A stretch of 64,000 bases of DNA, from assembly GCA_013239625.1 (NCBI GenBank), contig MU054187.1, positions 6,335,757 to 6,399,756 of the forward strand, given 5' to 3'. Below are positions 1-12,992 of this stretch, in pieces. The notes beneath the pieces were generated by a model, which saw nothing but the letters and a program-made list of their open reading frames with translations, had not been told where the DNA came from and ran no database searches. Position numbers and translations under genes: made by a program. The stretch is from Lama guanicoe. Its lineage: Eukaryota. Within the stretch, counting starts at the first letter, position 1. Each line of letters starts with the position of its first letter.

Positions 1-899
1 CCAGTGCCATTTCCTCCAGTGAATTCCTGTACCAGGAGAGAGCTTCTGGTCCCCAGGTAAAGCAACCAGGCCTGGCCTCGGAGATGCAGGCTCCTCTCAA
101 CAGGATGACAGGATGACAGGACGGTCTTGGTCAAAAGCCCCCAGCTGAGCATCCACTCTGCACAACCATTGCTGCTGACCCAACCCTCTGGCTTACGTTT
201 GTGGCTGGTGAAATGCTGCCATTGGATTGGAGGGTCTTCAATGCTAAAACATTTGCTTTGGGTGCAGTGGGGTTGGGAGGATAAGGCCTCCTCCAGGCTG
301 GCCCCCTGCCTGCTGCTATGGGGGAGATGCGGGGAGGCTGCCCTCCTGGCGTCGCCAGAACCAGTCACTGGGGTCCTGTCCGAAGAGGTGCAGTCTGTCA
401 GATGAGAGAGAGTTGAGCCTTCAAGGTAAGAGGAGGCGCTGGCTTGCGGGGAAGCCGGGCGTCTTCAGGGCTCACACCCCTCAGCCCTGGCGGGAAGGGT
501 GCAGGATCGCCGCCTCTGGTTGGGCTCGCTGCGCGTTGCGGGCATTTAGGCTCCTGCCCACTTTGACCTCAGTGTGTCTCATGAGTTCGGTCCCCTGTTT
601 GCCCTGCTCATCCTGGGCATCTGCCCTGGGCCAGCCCCACAAAGGACTGCGGTCACACAGCCTCCCGCCCACCACCCTGTCCAGCCAGGGTCCACTGGGC
701 CCATCCCACGACTGGAGTGGCAGCCCAGCCACATTTTCCCTGCTGTCCTGGGGCCTGGCCTCACCTTTCCTGCTCCAGTGTTACCACTTTGCCTTGGCCT
801 CGATTGTGATTCTGTGCTGCCTCCTGGACCCTGTGTGGAGACTCAGAGGCGGGGATTGAAGGCCACTGCCCCACAGTGGGAGCCAGACTGGGGGACTGA

Positions 900-2140
900 G
901 CAGTTTGTTCACTCATCAGATTGTCGAGGGCCTGTCCTACCAGCGCCCGGCGCGGGGGTTGCAGCACTGAACACACAGACAGAAGCCACCTCCCTGCCCC
1001 TGCGTAGTCCTGTGCTGGGGAAACAGACAGGGACTAAAATATGCAAACAATTAAACTAAATAAACAAGTAAACAATACATTTAAAATAAAAAGAATAACT
1101 GTGTTAGAATGTAACGACTCTGGAGGAAACTAAGACAGTGACCGAGGACAGAGAGTGCCAGACTCAGGAAGGGTTTGCGGTCTTAGAGACGCGACCGGCC
1201 AAGGCCTCACTGAAACAGGGTATTTGATTCAAAATCTCATGGGCGTGAAGAAGGAGGCCATTTAAACAGCCGGGGAAAGAAGACTCTAGGCAGATGGGAA
1301 AGCAGGTGCAAAGGCCACGAGGCACCGTTTTGCTCAGTAAGCAAGAAGAACAGCAAGGAGGCTGGTGCGAGTGGAGCTGGGAGGGGGGCGGCAGAGTGTG
1401 TCGGGGAGGAGATGGGGAGGGTGCGGGCTGCGAGGCCAGAGCCGGTGGGGCTTTGCAGACAACTGCAGAGGTGTAGTCCGAGTGCGCTGAGGGTCACTTT
1501 GGGGTGCTGATCCGAGGAACTCATTTTCTGACTATGTCCATGGGTTCATTCTGAGCAGCTGAGATGAGAGGACACCAAAGAGAACCAAGGTGGAGACAGG
1601 AGCCCAGGCTGGGGGACGTGATCACACTGGTGAGAGAGATGTGATGTGACCCGCCTCGGACTGGCAAAGGCGGAGGAGGGGAGAACCAGTCAGAGTCCAC
1701 ACCGGACAGCAGAACGCCCTGATTGGCTGGCCGCCTGCATGTGGTGTGTGGGAGGAAGGGTGGAGACAAGATGCGTTTGGGATTTGGCGCATGAACAGTG
1801 AGAACCGAGCTCTGTCCTTATGGGCGAGGAGGGGACTGGAGGGGCGGCATGGGGGGAACTGCGTTCTGTATGGCTCCAGATGTCTGGCCATCATCCCAGC
1901 GGAGGGCTGCAGCCTGGCGCTCCTGAGAGGGTGGTCTCCAGATACAAACTCGGTGCCCGCCGCACCCAGGTGGCACTCGAGGTCACGAGGCAGAGTGAGG
2001 TGCCCAGTGGGGAGCAGGCAGAGACAGGAGAGAGGGGTCAAGGCCTGAGCTGGGGGACCTCCAGCATGAGAGGCCAGGGAGCTGGGAGGAGACGAAGAGA
2101 AGGGGGTGAGCCAGATGGCAGACTGGGGTGACTGAAGTCT
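900..2140 (-). mobile_element. LINE L2, degenerate 3' region
   Basis: Starts with a decayed antisense L2 3' end (ttgttcactcatcagattg...cctaccagcgcccggc...gaacacacagacag) and continues in typical purine-rich L2 antisense sequence (ctctaggcagatgggaaagcaggtgcaaaggcc, ggaggctggtgcgagtggagc). Boundaries approximate. Confidence 0.65.
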
Positions 2141-4296
2141 GCGGATGACGGCCGGTCCCAGCAGAGCGGGGCCAGTGCTGGGTCTGACTTTGTGCAAGGG
2201 TTTTCCTTCAATAGCCTTTAACTGTGGCTCCGCCCCCTTCTTTAGCCACAGGGTGGGCTTGGGGCACAGGTCTGGCCGACTACGGTGACCCTTTCCGCTG
2301 GCCTCAGTGGTGGGCTCAGAGTAGAGCACCGGCCCAGACTGGCCAGTTAGACCACTCTCTGGCCGCCTCCTCCTGGAGCTGTCAGGACAGACAGGCCCTT
2401 CCCTGGATATTGCTGCACGTTGGGGTGCAAGTCCGGCCTCTAGCAGATGTCTTGCCTGTCGAGTGGGTGAGATGGAGAGCGGCAGATGCTGGCAAGAGCA
2501 TTTGAAACAGCTCTGGATCCAGCTCTGCCCAAAGCCCGCTGCTCACTTGGACTCAACGTCATTTCCCAGCCAGTGAACTCTCTATTTTAAGCTCGTTGGA
2601 ATCAGCCTCTGTCCCTTGCACCCGAGGGGTCTCTCTGACACCCGCTACTCGCCAGTGGGGGAGGGTGTAAGGAAGGGCATGCGGTTGCCTCACCGGCCAC
2701 GCAAAGGCTGGCCAGATGGTCTCGGAGCCACTGGTCAAAGACCCTAGCGGTCCCTGCAGGGCAGCCTTCTGAATTAGACCTTACTAAGCAACTCCCAGAT
2801 TCAGGACTATTCTTAGCTGCCTGGAATTGCACGGTGGAGTCCCGGGCAGGACCAAACAGGGTCATGTCCCCACCTCCTCCTGGAGCTGCCTCTGACGCAG
2901 GCCTGAAATCTGGGGCAGGTAGGGTTGCAACCAGAGAAGCTGGGTGAGGCCATCTGGCTCCATCGTGACCCAGGAGGTGACATCTTGTGGGGCTGCCAGG
3001 GCTCAGTACTGGGAGTTCCCTAGGAGATGACGAAAGCCACAGAGGGGAACTGTTGTGGGCTTAGAGGCGACAGGGTCAGCATCTGGGGAATGCAGATAAA
3101 GTAATGGGAGACCAGGGCACGGGAAGCAGTTGCTAAAACAAACTGACTAATTCTGCTGGATGGGGTTTCTCTGGCCTGGAGCTGTTCTTAAAGGGCCAGG
3201 CACACACACACTGGAGCATCGTAAAGACACGGGGTGCAGGCCGTAATCCAATGGTGCTGGCGTTCAGCTCTGAAGATCCAGGGTGCCATCTGGGATGTCT
3301 TCTCCATGTGCTGAAAAGGAAAGCAGTTTGTTTCCACACTGCTTCTTGGTCCGGGTGCAGACGGGTTGTTCAGCTGTCTCGTCCCTCTTCCCTATGTGGT
3401 CGGATGTGTGAGTCAGCCCTGGAAGAGCCCTGCTCTTCCCACCCTGCACCCTGGCCAGGTAAACGCTGCTCCAGTGGTAATCCCTGGTTACCTGTGCTTG
3501 AGTCTGGACTTCAGAGAGCCCTGTGATGTCTCTGCGCCGAAGGTCTTGGTCTAAGTCCCATGCATCTAAAATCATTGCTGGCTCCTGTTTGCGATTCCTT
3601 ATGTCCTTGGAGAGGACTTACCTTTCACACCTTTCATCATCTGATGACGTGGAGCCTTCCTTCCAAACAGATACTTTCCTCCCATCGTGGTAAAGAAGGA
3701 GACCGACCCAACAAACCTTGTTTAAACCAAGTGCCTCCCCCGCCCCAGATTTGGAATTTGTAGCATTTGACGAACGCTGGAATGAAGTTTACTTGTTGCT
3801 CAGACAATTACAGATAGTGCACACTGCCAGACTAAACACGTTTGCAGGAAGGGCGAATTTAAAGTGTTGAGGAGAAAAACTGTTTTAAACACCCTCGAGC
3901 CCTTTAAAACATCATGTTGCACCCAAACAATGGTGCCAGGACCACATAAATCGTCTGGATTCACCAAAGCGGGTTTTCGAGGGTTTCTGGAGGCAGCAGG
4001 TGTCCAGCCTACTTTTTATTTACTGCAGTAAAACTACCTAAAGACCCTATCATTCACCCTTCTCGCTCATTTCCTTTGGCCTTCTCCCACAGTCGGTCTG
4101 AAAAAGAATGTTTCACTTTACAACTTTTACCCTTCAATGAGGTGGTCTATATTCTTGGTGCTACAATGGAAGTCTGCTCTCTAAACCAGATAAAGAAGAT
4201 GTTTCTCAAACTCTGTCCACCTTTCCTGTCGGACACAAAGCGCAGGAGAGAAAAGTCCTGAGGCTCAGTGGTATGTGGGCCTTTTTTTCTTTCTAG

Positions 4297-4356
4297 AAGA
4301 AGAGTTTTCATTCTCCCAACTCCGGTGCTTTTAGGTTTGCATCCGATCCCGAGAAG
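4297..4356 (+). other. Candidate 60-nt exon of an unidentified transcript
   Basis: Acceptor ctttttttctttctAG (4295-4296) and consensus donor AAG|GTGAGT (4357-4362). Length is a multiple of 3 and frame 0 is open (KKSFHSPNSGAFRFASDPEK). No partner exons or homology recognised. Confidence 0.25.
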
Positions 4357-5126
4357 GTGAGTGGAACTCGGCCTCCGGTGTGTGGGTTAAGGAAGTGCTG
4401 GATGCTAGAACAGAAAAACTCCCCCATCCGAGCTGCCGCCAAGTTTCTGTCCTGATCAGGGAACAGCCCAAGTGGATGCTTCAGGCCTGGCGGCTCCCCT
4501 CTGCAATGCGACTGCATGGTCAGGCTCTTCTCTCCTGGCATCACCAGGTTCAGGGTCGGCACGTGGCTCTCAAGACAGTTTCCGAAGTCCACGGATTCCA
4601 GCGACTAGGGAAGAAGAGTGCCCGGAGGTCCCATGTGACTTGTGATCCAGTCCTGGGATTCATGTGGCTCAATTCTGCTCATTTTCCCCTGACCAGAGCA
4701 GGATGGACGCTGGACCACGGCCACACCTCCCTGCGAGGGAGGCTGGGAAGTGCGATTTAGCTGCGAGCCGGCTTTGGGGTGACTGTGTAATGGTTTCCGC
4801 CTTCTGTGGCCATCCTCAAGAGGCTTTTGACCCTGGCCGTGACCAGACCCTGACTCTAGGGTATTTGGGAGTACTTGTTGGGGCAGGCCTCAAGGGAGGT
4901 TATTAAATTAATTTCCTTTCCTACTGACTTTTGCTTATCTCATTGACTTCTAAATTGAAATTAAACACCCTAAAATCTGGATCTATAATAACATCTCAGG
5001 GGAAAAAAAAAAAAAGGAAAGAGTCTCTAGCAAAAGAAGTCGACCTGATCCTTTTCTTGTAAAGCATCTGAAAATGAGAGGCTCCACACCGAAATATTCC
5101 AGCAGTCTGAGGCTGACAAGATGGAG

Positions 5127-5162
5127 ATCTCTCGCGCTCTCTCTCTTTCTCTGTCTCTCTGT
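5127..5162. repeat. Imperfect (CT)n microsatellite
   Basis: atctctcgcgctctctctctttctctgtctctctgt seen directly. Confidence 0.8.
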
Positions 5163-5299
5163 CCCTCGCGATAAGACCTAGATGTCATTTAGCACTGAGA
5201 ACCTGACTCTCATATTTCAGGACACTGAGTCTACTGCAGACTCCCCATCCTCCTTACCCCTCACTGGGGAGTCAACTCCTGCCCTTGGGTGGATGTGGG

Positions 5300-5470
5300 A
5301 AACAGCTTCCAGCCCACCACATAGCAGCTGTGAAGTTCTGGCAACTTGTTTAACCACCTGAGGTTAAATTATTCTGTAAATTATTTCCCTGGGTCCCTTA
5401 TTCTATGAAGATGGGGTTAGTAATTCCCCTCTCATCAACATAGTAAGGGTTTATTTGATACTGAAGGAGA
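5300..5470 (+). mobile_element. MIR SINE fragment
   Basis: ccaccacatagcagctgtgaagttctggcaacttgtttaaccacctgag...ctgtaaa...gaagatggggttagtaat resembles the MIR core. Confidence 0.6.
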
Positions 5471-5998
5471 AATCACCCACCCCGGTGCCTGACGTCAGTC
5501 AGCCCATCACCACCAGCTTCCTCCCTGCCTTGTCTCCACGCAGGGAAAGTGAGCCTCCAGGGCCTTTGTCAGGATGGCGGTGCCTCTGGGAGTGGGGCTC
5601 CTCTCCCTCCCCTTTTTCCCCCTCCCTGACTTCCCGAAGATCCAACAGCAGCAAGAGTGTCCATTCAGGCAGAAATCAGAGGGTCTGAGGGCGAAGAGGA
5701 AGCAGGAGCCAGACAAAGGCACAATTACCCCCACATGACTGCCTACTAAGAATTCTGGCTAGAAAAAAAGCTTTTCTGCTGTTTGTTTTTGCTAATTCTG
5801 CTCCAAGAATCCAGAAGGGAAGGCATTCAGTCAACAGGACCGCCCCAGTCGCATTGTCCCAGTATAATTCAAGTTAGCTAACCTGGGGCATTTTCTCTGC
5901 TCTGTCTCTTCTCTCAAATATTCCCTTGGTTTATCAGCAGCCATCGACTCTACTCAGCACCGTTTCAGCTGATCGAACCGGGCTAACCTAGCATACTT

Positions 5999-6056
5999 CA
6001 CACACACGCGCGTGCGCACACACATGCGTGCGCACATGCACACACACACGTACACC
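5999..6056. repeat. Alternating purine-pyrimidine (CA/CG/TG) microsatellite
   Basis: cacacacacgcgcgtgcgcacacacatgcgtgcgcacatgcacacacacacgtacac seen directly. Confidence 0.9.
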
Positions 6057-7164
6057 TCTCGTTGTAAATGGAGGCTGAGTAGTACCCTCTGTGTCTCAGG
6101 TGAGGTCTGAGTACATGATAGAGGAAGATGAAGTCGCTCCCCTCCGCCTCACTTTCCCAAACTAAGTTTATGAGAATCAGTTATAATCCTTAAATCTTCT
6201 CATTCTTACATAGGCTTATTTCTTACTTAGCTCTGGTATCCCACTTTGAGCCAGTCAGAGAAAAAACCTTTGCATCTGCAAGACCCCACAACCATGCACC
6301 AACAAGGATGATATTCTGGGATAAATCAGCAAAAGCCCTAGCTGTTTCAGTGGTAATCCCAAAGATCAACAGAAGAAATTGCTTGAAGTGGATGGATAAA
6401 AATTCTTAAAATAATCCTACCCAAGCCTCTAGAATTCTTTCATGATGCCTTCATATATTTCAGCCTTTCACCTAGGAAGATTGCAAAGCATCACTGATAT
6501 GACTGTGCTGTGCTGTTGGGAAGGAGTGTGGCTGCTGCAAAAGAGCTTAAAGACATCTTTTTCAAGAGTGTTAGGAGAAAAAGTCCCACAGATGCTAACT
6601 GGAATTCTGGGCAAATGTTTTAAGTGAGTTTCAGTGAGATACAGAGATAGTAACTTTCCTCACTCTGTTGGAAGTGGTGGGGAAAGCAAAATGACCTGGT
6701 TGGCCTGGTCAGCGTCCACCCAGCTAGAGACTTGTCTAGTGGGATGAACTGGAGTAGGGTCTGGTGGCAGCAGGGCTTCAGGGACAGCTGTGGTCTGGTG
6801 GGCAGGGCTGAGGCTGGGGTGCAGAGTCACTGAAGTTGGCCACGTGGACTGGTAGTGGATGGGAGGTTTTAATGGAATTGTGCTGGATGGGATGTGTTCA
6901 CGGCAAAGAATCAAGTCCACGGCAAAGGTGGAAGCTTGGCTGGGGCTCGACAAGCTCGTGAGCTACAGGAGGAGACCAGAGCTGTAGATCACTATCCTGA
7001 GTCTTATTCTCAACAGAAATCTTCCTTCCATTGTCTCTCCTCCTCGGGTCCAAAACATCCCAGGACTTGATAGTAGAGTAACAAAAAGAAAGAAGATGTA
7101 GAGGATACTTCCAACTGACCACCAAATTCTGTTCTCCTTATTACCTATAAAAAAAAAGGACATA

Positions 7165-8110
7165 TACTTTTAAAATTGAGTAGAATTGATGTACAATGAA
7201 CTGCACATCCTAAAACTGTACAAGTTACTAATTTTGACATATGTCTACACCCACGAAAGCATCACCACAATAAGGTGGAGAATTTATCTGTGACTCCAGA
7301 AAGCTTCCTTGTATCCCTCTGTAATTTCCCCCATCTCTGTCCCTCTCTGCTTTATCCGTTCTTCCCTAGGCAACTTCTAATCTGCTTTTTGTTACAATAT
7401 ATTCGTTGGCATTTGCTAGATTTTTACATAAATGGAATCATACAGCATATACCCTTTGGGGTCTGGCTTCTTTCACTCATTGTAATTATTTGGGGATTCA
7501 TCTATGCTGATTCATATTGTTTATTTCAAGAGTTCATTCATTTTTGCTGGTGAATAGTATTTCACCAGATAGGTATTATATAATTTGTTTATCCACTCAG
7601 CTTCAGCTGGATATTTGGTTGTTCCTAGGTTTTGGATATTACAGATAAAGCTGCAGTGAATATTCAAGTCTGTGTGTGGACATATGCTTTCTTTTTTGTT
7701 GGGTAAATATCTAGGGATAGAAAGGATGAGTCATACAGTAGGCACATATCTAACAGTTTCTAAGGAACTGATAAACTGTTTCCACTTGATTGTACCATTT
7801 TAGATTCATACACTAGAAATGTATGAGAGTTCTAGTTCCTCAGTATCTTCACTGACAATTGATGTTGTCTGTCTTTGCAATTTTAGGCATTCTAATAGAT
7901 GTGTTATCTTGCACGTCCCTAGTGACAAATGATGGTGTTGAGCACGTCTTCATGTGCTTATTTGCCATCTGTCTACATTCTTTAGTGTCTGTTCCGATCT
8001 TTTGTTCATTGCCTTTGAGTTGTTGATTTTCCAATAGTTGAGTTTTGAGAGTCTATGTATTCATGATGTAAGACCTTTATCAGCTATACGCCTTGCAAAT
8101 ACCATGTGAC
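7165..8110 (-). mobile_element. Ancient L1 (L1MC/L1ME-like) 3' region
   Basis: Antisense L1M 3' hallmarks: tttaaaattgagtagaattgatgtacaatgaactgcac; ataaatggaatcatacagcatat; gtctggcttctttcactca; gatggtgttgagcacgtcttcatgtgcttatttgccatc. Confidence 0.9.
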
Positions 8111-8129
8111 TTGTCTTTAATCTTCTTTA

Positions 8130-8478
8130 ACAACGGATGTGCGTCCATCCTGCAGCCTCTCTTGTTGCTCGGTATGGCCGTGCAGCTGAGTTCTTACCCA
8201 TGGAATGTGAGAAGTGAAGTGTGCTATTTCTGGATTCAGTTCTTAAAATCATGTGTGTGCTTCCCTGGACTCTCTTTCATGTTCTCAGGCCAATGATCAG
8301 CTCTAATCACATGGGTGAGGACCGTGCCCCGAGGATCACAGTGACCTGGTACAGCAAGGTCACTCACCTGGGCACTGCTGTGTGGGGGACGAATAAGCTT
8401 CTGTCTTCTTTTAAACCTTTGAATGTTGAGGTCTCTTCATCAGCCCTTAGCAGCTTAGCTCTTTTCCTAACTAGCACA
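8130..8478 (+). mobile_element. Old ERVL/MaLR LTR (MLT1/LTR16-like)
   Basis: ggccgtgcagctgagttcttacccatggaatgtgagaagtgaagtg; MaLR-like end cagcttagctcttttcctaactagcaca. Confidence 0.6.
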
Positions 8479-8959
8479 CCAAGAAGACATCTCTTCTTTC
8501 TTCTCCTCCCTCCTTCCTTCAGCACATTCCAAGTTTAAGTTGGCTGGACTGAAGACGCATTCAGTTTTCTAGATAAGAGGATAAAAATTTCTTGAGCCAC
8601 CAGTAAGGCACTGTGCTGTGTATCTGGCCTGAAAAGAGGAATAAAAGCCAGTTCTTACTCTTGAGAAGCTGATGGTCCAATGAACGTCTGTTTCATTTAG
8701 GTTTTTCTCTAGTCAGTCTGGAATTACAGACTTGTTCAGCAGTTTGGGGACAAGATTTTGCTGAGCTTTGAAGGACGCAGAAAAATGCAGAAATTTGGTG
8801 GCTAATTGGTGTTTTTCTTTGGTTATTCTGCAGAAAATCACTTTAAAATGAGGCTGAACTTTGCCCTCCCCGCCTGCCAGATGAGAAGGCAGCTCCTTTT
8901 CTTGGTTCCTGCAGCCTGTATTCCAGCTAAGTCTCCCCAGATTAAGTGAAATCTTTTGG

Positions 8960-9130
8960 TGCCGTTTATTTGAGTGCTTATTATGGGCTATAGGCTCTTG
9001 ATATAATTCAAACTACGTAACTTCCCTCAAGAATCTAACTGATGTTTACAGATGAGGAAAGAGATTCAGAGAGGATAACTAACTTTGTCCAGAGCCACGG
9101 AGACAGATTTGGAAGCAAGTCTGAAACCAG
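8960..9130 (-). mobile_element. MIR SINE
   Basis: tttatttgagtgcttattatg...tttacagatgaggaaagagattcagagagg...tttgtccagagccac. Confidence 0.8.
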
Positions 9131-10019
9131 TCCTGTTACCCAAAGGCCAGGCCCTCCCGAAAGTCCGGCTGCCTTCCACGGGAGCAGCTCTGCACTCCGA
9201 TTGTTCAGGGTATTGCTTTGGGCTGTTGCTTCTCATGGGAGGAGTAACCTCCCGGACGCTGGTTCTCTTAGCCTTCTCAGCCCCGGGCTGGAGACCAGCC
9301 TCCAGGTGCTCAGAAACACTTAAGAAACTCCATACTTCTTAATACTCAAGCATCAGTACGTCTGACTTTTGTTTTCAATCCAGACCCTGCCCTGTTCTCA
9401 GGAAACAGAAGTCCAGCTTCATTCTGAAAATGAAACGACGGTTGGTCTCTGGAAAACCACCTAGAGATTTGCGGTCCCCACTTCAGCACAATCCGAAGTC
9501 CAGGTTTTCTGACTGGATACTTCCAGGGCCTGCCCCCTTGCTCAGGGCTTTCAGACATACCGAACCAGGGGAAAAAGAAAGAGACCCTTTCTTCTTCTTG
9601 TTGTTCCAGATCAGATAACGTTGCCTGATTAGTTCCTCCGCCGTGAATTCCCACCGCACGTACTCACGTGCCAGCCCTCGGCTAACAGGCCATCGGCTAT
9701 ATTGCTTCCTGCACAATCATTCATATTTTGCCTCACGCCTTCCCTTCTCTACCTCTGTTTCCGGCTCCTCCCCTCAAAGTAGCAAAACACTTGCATTCAC
9801 TTTCTAGATAAGAGAATAAAAATTTATAGGAGTTTCTTGGCCCACACAGAAATGTGAACCACAGGCATCCCCCAGGGAGAGATTTTCTTACAGACACTTA
9901 CCCTCTTGAATATACCCTGATTCACTCACATGGGAGCCTCTAGAGAAACCAGTTCTCTTTTTGATGGAATCACAACGTGCAGCTCCCGTTTGAGAAGAGT
10001 GGCTTTGATGGATTGCCAG

Positions 10020-10460
10020 TTGGGATGATTGAGTTGCGGTTACAGAAAAACCCAACCCAAACTGGCTGAGTCAAAAAGGGAACTGATTGACTCAGAAGCT
10101 GCAAAGAGGTTACTAACTTCAGGCAGGCACAACTGTCTTCAGGACTCAAACTTATCAGTAGCACCTGCCAACTTTTTAAAAACTTTATTCCTCTGTTCTG
10201 CCTTCCATTATTTTGACTTCAGTTGGGGGTTTTATGGGCCCCAGAAATGTCCCCGCTAACCCACTCATTCTCATATATTTTAGATCAAAGGTTACAGGTG
10301 ACAGTCCCTTCCCCAGAAGATGCGGTGAAAATGCCATTGCATTCATTGGCTCTGACTAGGTCACATATGATCCAAGAAGGTCAAAGGATGAGGAAATGAG
10401 ATATGCTGATGGCTTAGGCCTGGGTCCCAAGCTCCACCTCTTGGGCTGGATGTGGAGTCT
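10020..10460 (-). mobile_element. MLT1 (J/K-like) MaLR LTR
   Basis: gttgcggttacagaaaaacccaacccaaactggctgagtcaaaaaggg; cattggctctgactaggtcacat; gctgatggcttaggcctgggtc. Confidence 0.7.
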
Positions 10461-11209
10461 GCTTTAATGGGGCCACATGGAGATTGGAAATCCTGGTACA
10501 ATCACCAGGACAACTCTAGCAACATTCACTGCAGTGCGTGTTGCCTGAGAAGAAACAATGCGTATGTGTGTCACATAATGTTTTGTCCCCCCTGCATAAG
10601 CCAGCCCTCCACCTTGAAAATAGCCAGCATCTGCTCATGCAAAATAAGAATTTACACCCAAAGCCAAGCTGACTTGGAGGAAAGGTTACTTACTGATTTG
10701 ACTTTCAGGGAATGGGGCTCAACTGCCAAAATTTTGATGCAAGTGGGTCAAGTACAGAAAACACTTGAAAGTCCCCCACAGTCTACAGAAGGACTGCCTT
10801 ACAGTCCTTAAGGCATGAGGGCCCTCCACTGGTTTGGGATAGAAGATGATGACAAAAAGCCTTTCTTACTGGTTTCACAGAGTTTTTGTTGTTGTGTTCT
10901 AAGAAGACTGCGATATTTCAGTTACAAAGACTTCTGCATCCTGATCAGGCTGGGTCTGGAGGCAGTGGAAGGGTTGATGGCAGAAGCAGGGGACGTCCTT
11001 GGAAGTGTTCTGACGACCTTATGATCTACACACCAAAAAGCTGTTCCCCTCATGTTCTTTCTTCCATTCATTCAACTTCTTCATCTGTCTTTCTCAGTAA
11101 ACATCTGGGACTAGGTTAGTCATTCTCCTTGTCAACTCAGAACCGTAAATATCCATCCTTTCAACCACTGAGCCCTTGTCACCAGCCATGTGCTTCCTTC
11201 CTTCAAATG

Positions 11210-11385
11210 ATTTGCACTCTAAGCACAGCACATGAGTTATCTGGTTTATTCCTTATAACTACTCTATGACATACAGAATATTATTATTATTATTTTAATT
11301 GTTTGGAAGATGAAACAGACCTAAAAGAGGTTAAATATCTTGCCCAAGGTCACACAGTCTGAGCCAAAGCTTTTAAAACCACACT
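11210..11385 (-). mobile_element. MIR SINE
   Basis: gaagatgaaacagacctaaaagaggttaaatatcttgcccaaggtcacacag (MIR core, antisense). Confidence 0.8.
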
Positions 11386-11389
11386 ACAT

Positions 11390-11880
11390 AAATAAAACAA
11401 AGAGTCCGCCCCTGCCCCTGCAAGGCATGGCACAGGAAGACAGATCTATAAATAAACAAGTGCATTTCATGTTGTCTTTGCTGTGATGATGCTCTTCACA
11501 AGGGAAAGTGAGGGGGAGAGCAAGCGAGCTGTCATTTCCCTGGTGGGGGCCGGGGGGTGTAAGTGGGTGTTCTTACTTACTTACGGGGAGAGTTCTCTGG
11601 AGAAGGCTAAGCTGAGGTGTGTAACAAGGTGTTTTCCAGCTGGAAGGCGGGGGCTGAGAACAGTGACCCAGAGATCAGAACCTGCGCAGGGAAAGCACAG
11701 AGGCATCTAAAAGCGACGTGTGGTGGGAGCAGTGCGCGCTGCCTGGCCCGGCTGGGGCACGGGGTTCAAGACGGATGGACCCAGGAGGAGACAGGCGGGG
11801 CCCAGTCCATGAGGGGCCTGGGTGGGATCTGGTCGGGAGAAAATGGAGGACTGTTGGAAGACTTTAAGAAAAAGGTGACA
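11390..11880 (-). mobile_element. LINE L2 fragment
   Basis: aaaacaagagtccgcccctgccc...; ggctaagctgaggtgtgtaac; aatggaggactgttggaagactttaag. Confidence 0.55.
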
Positions 11881-11932
11881 GTTATTCATAACTAGTTTTC
11901 TTCTCTTTTTTCAAATTTCTAGTCTTAATCTG

Positions 11933-12122
11933 TTTTTTTTTTTACTGTGTAAAATAAACATAACAACACTTGCCAGTTTAAGTGTATAACTCAGTGGCAT
12001 TAAGTACATTCACAATATTATACAACCACCTCCACTGTCCCCACTCTTCAGTTCCAGGGATTTTTCATTATCCCAGAGGGAAACTTGGTACCCATCGAAT
12101 GACCACTCCGCATTTCCCCTAA
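11933..12122 (-). mobile_element. L1M (L1MB-like) 3' end
   Basis: T-tail then actgtgtaaaataaacataaca...aagtgtataactcagtggcattaagtacattcacaat...ttttcattatcccaga. Confidence 0.85.
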
Positions 12123-12827
12123 TAACCTCGTGGGTCAATGGAAATTGCCCTGAAAAACCAGGGGGAATAAGCACACAGATCCTCAGTGTACGTTGATGCA
12201 AAGAACACTGTGATTGGTGCTTTTCTAAAAGGCAAAGTATCAGTGACACTTTCCATTGAGATGAGAGTCCACGCCACGGCCGGTGAGGGTGGCTTTCCTG
12301 CCAAATCAGCAGGATTCTGGGGACGTTCTGTCATCACCAAGACGCCCATCTGTAGTTTCCCTTTAAACAAAAGGCCCGTTGGTGTCCCCGTGGCTGTCAT
12401 AACCCAAACTGCTGATGAACATCCCATGACATCAGCTTGGTCATCAAGCACACACTGAGCACCTGCTGTGTGCATGGTCATGAGTCGGCTGCTGTAGACA
12501 GAGAGGAGGAGGCGATGGCCCACAACCTTCAAAGGGATGGTGATGTGTTCGGGAGGACAAGGACATGACCTGTGGCCTGAGGTGGGACGGCGCCACCTGA
12601 CTCGTGCTGATTACACCTTCTCACTGCACTGGGCGCAGCTCTTTACAGCACCAGCCACATTGTAATTTTACGTTGGTTCGAAACTCTCCTTGTGTTAACC
12701 GCCAGACTGTTCACTCCAAAACAGTGGACACTTTGTTTTTGTTCATCATTGTCTCTTCCTCATCTTGCATATTCTTGACACGTAGAATGTATTCAACAAA
12801 TCCATGTGGAATGCCTGGTCACTACAA

Positions 12828-12992
12828 GTACACATATGTGAGAACACCTGCATAGTGCATATATATATATAATACACATATATGTGCACACATACACCTG
12901 TACACATATTACATTAGCGCTGTCATATTTGTGTATACATACATATTCATTTAATATATATACACACATTCAACTTATGTATATATAGGTAC
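12828..12992. repeat. Degenerate (TA)n/(CA)n low-complexity tract
   Basis: catatatatatataatacacatatatgtgcacacatacac... seen directly. Confidence 0.75.

Noticed and set aside
127..2505. Cluster of 90-235 aa overlapping ORFs
   Set aside because: GC-rich DNA largely overlapping a decayed L2, many with non-ATG starts and no recognisable protein family.
9561..9708. Possible minus-strand exon (RKQYSRWPVSRGLAREYVRWEFTAEELIRQRYLIWNNKKKKG...) with donor TCG|GTATGT
   Set aside because: The acceptor lacks a pyrimidine tract (atgaatgattgtgcag), the length of 148 nt is not frame-preserving, and I recognise no homologue or partner exons. It is not excluded but is unsupported.
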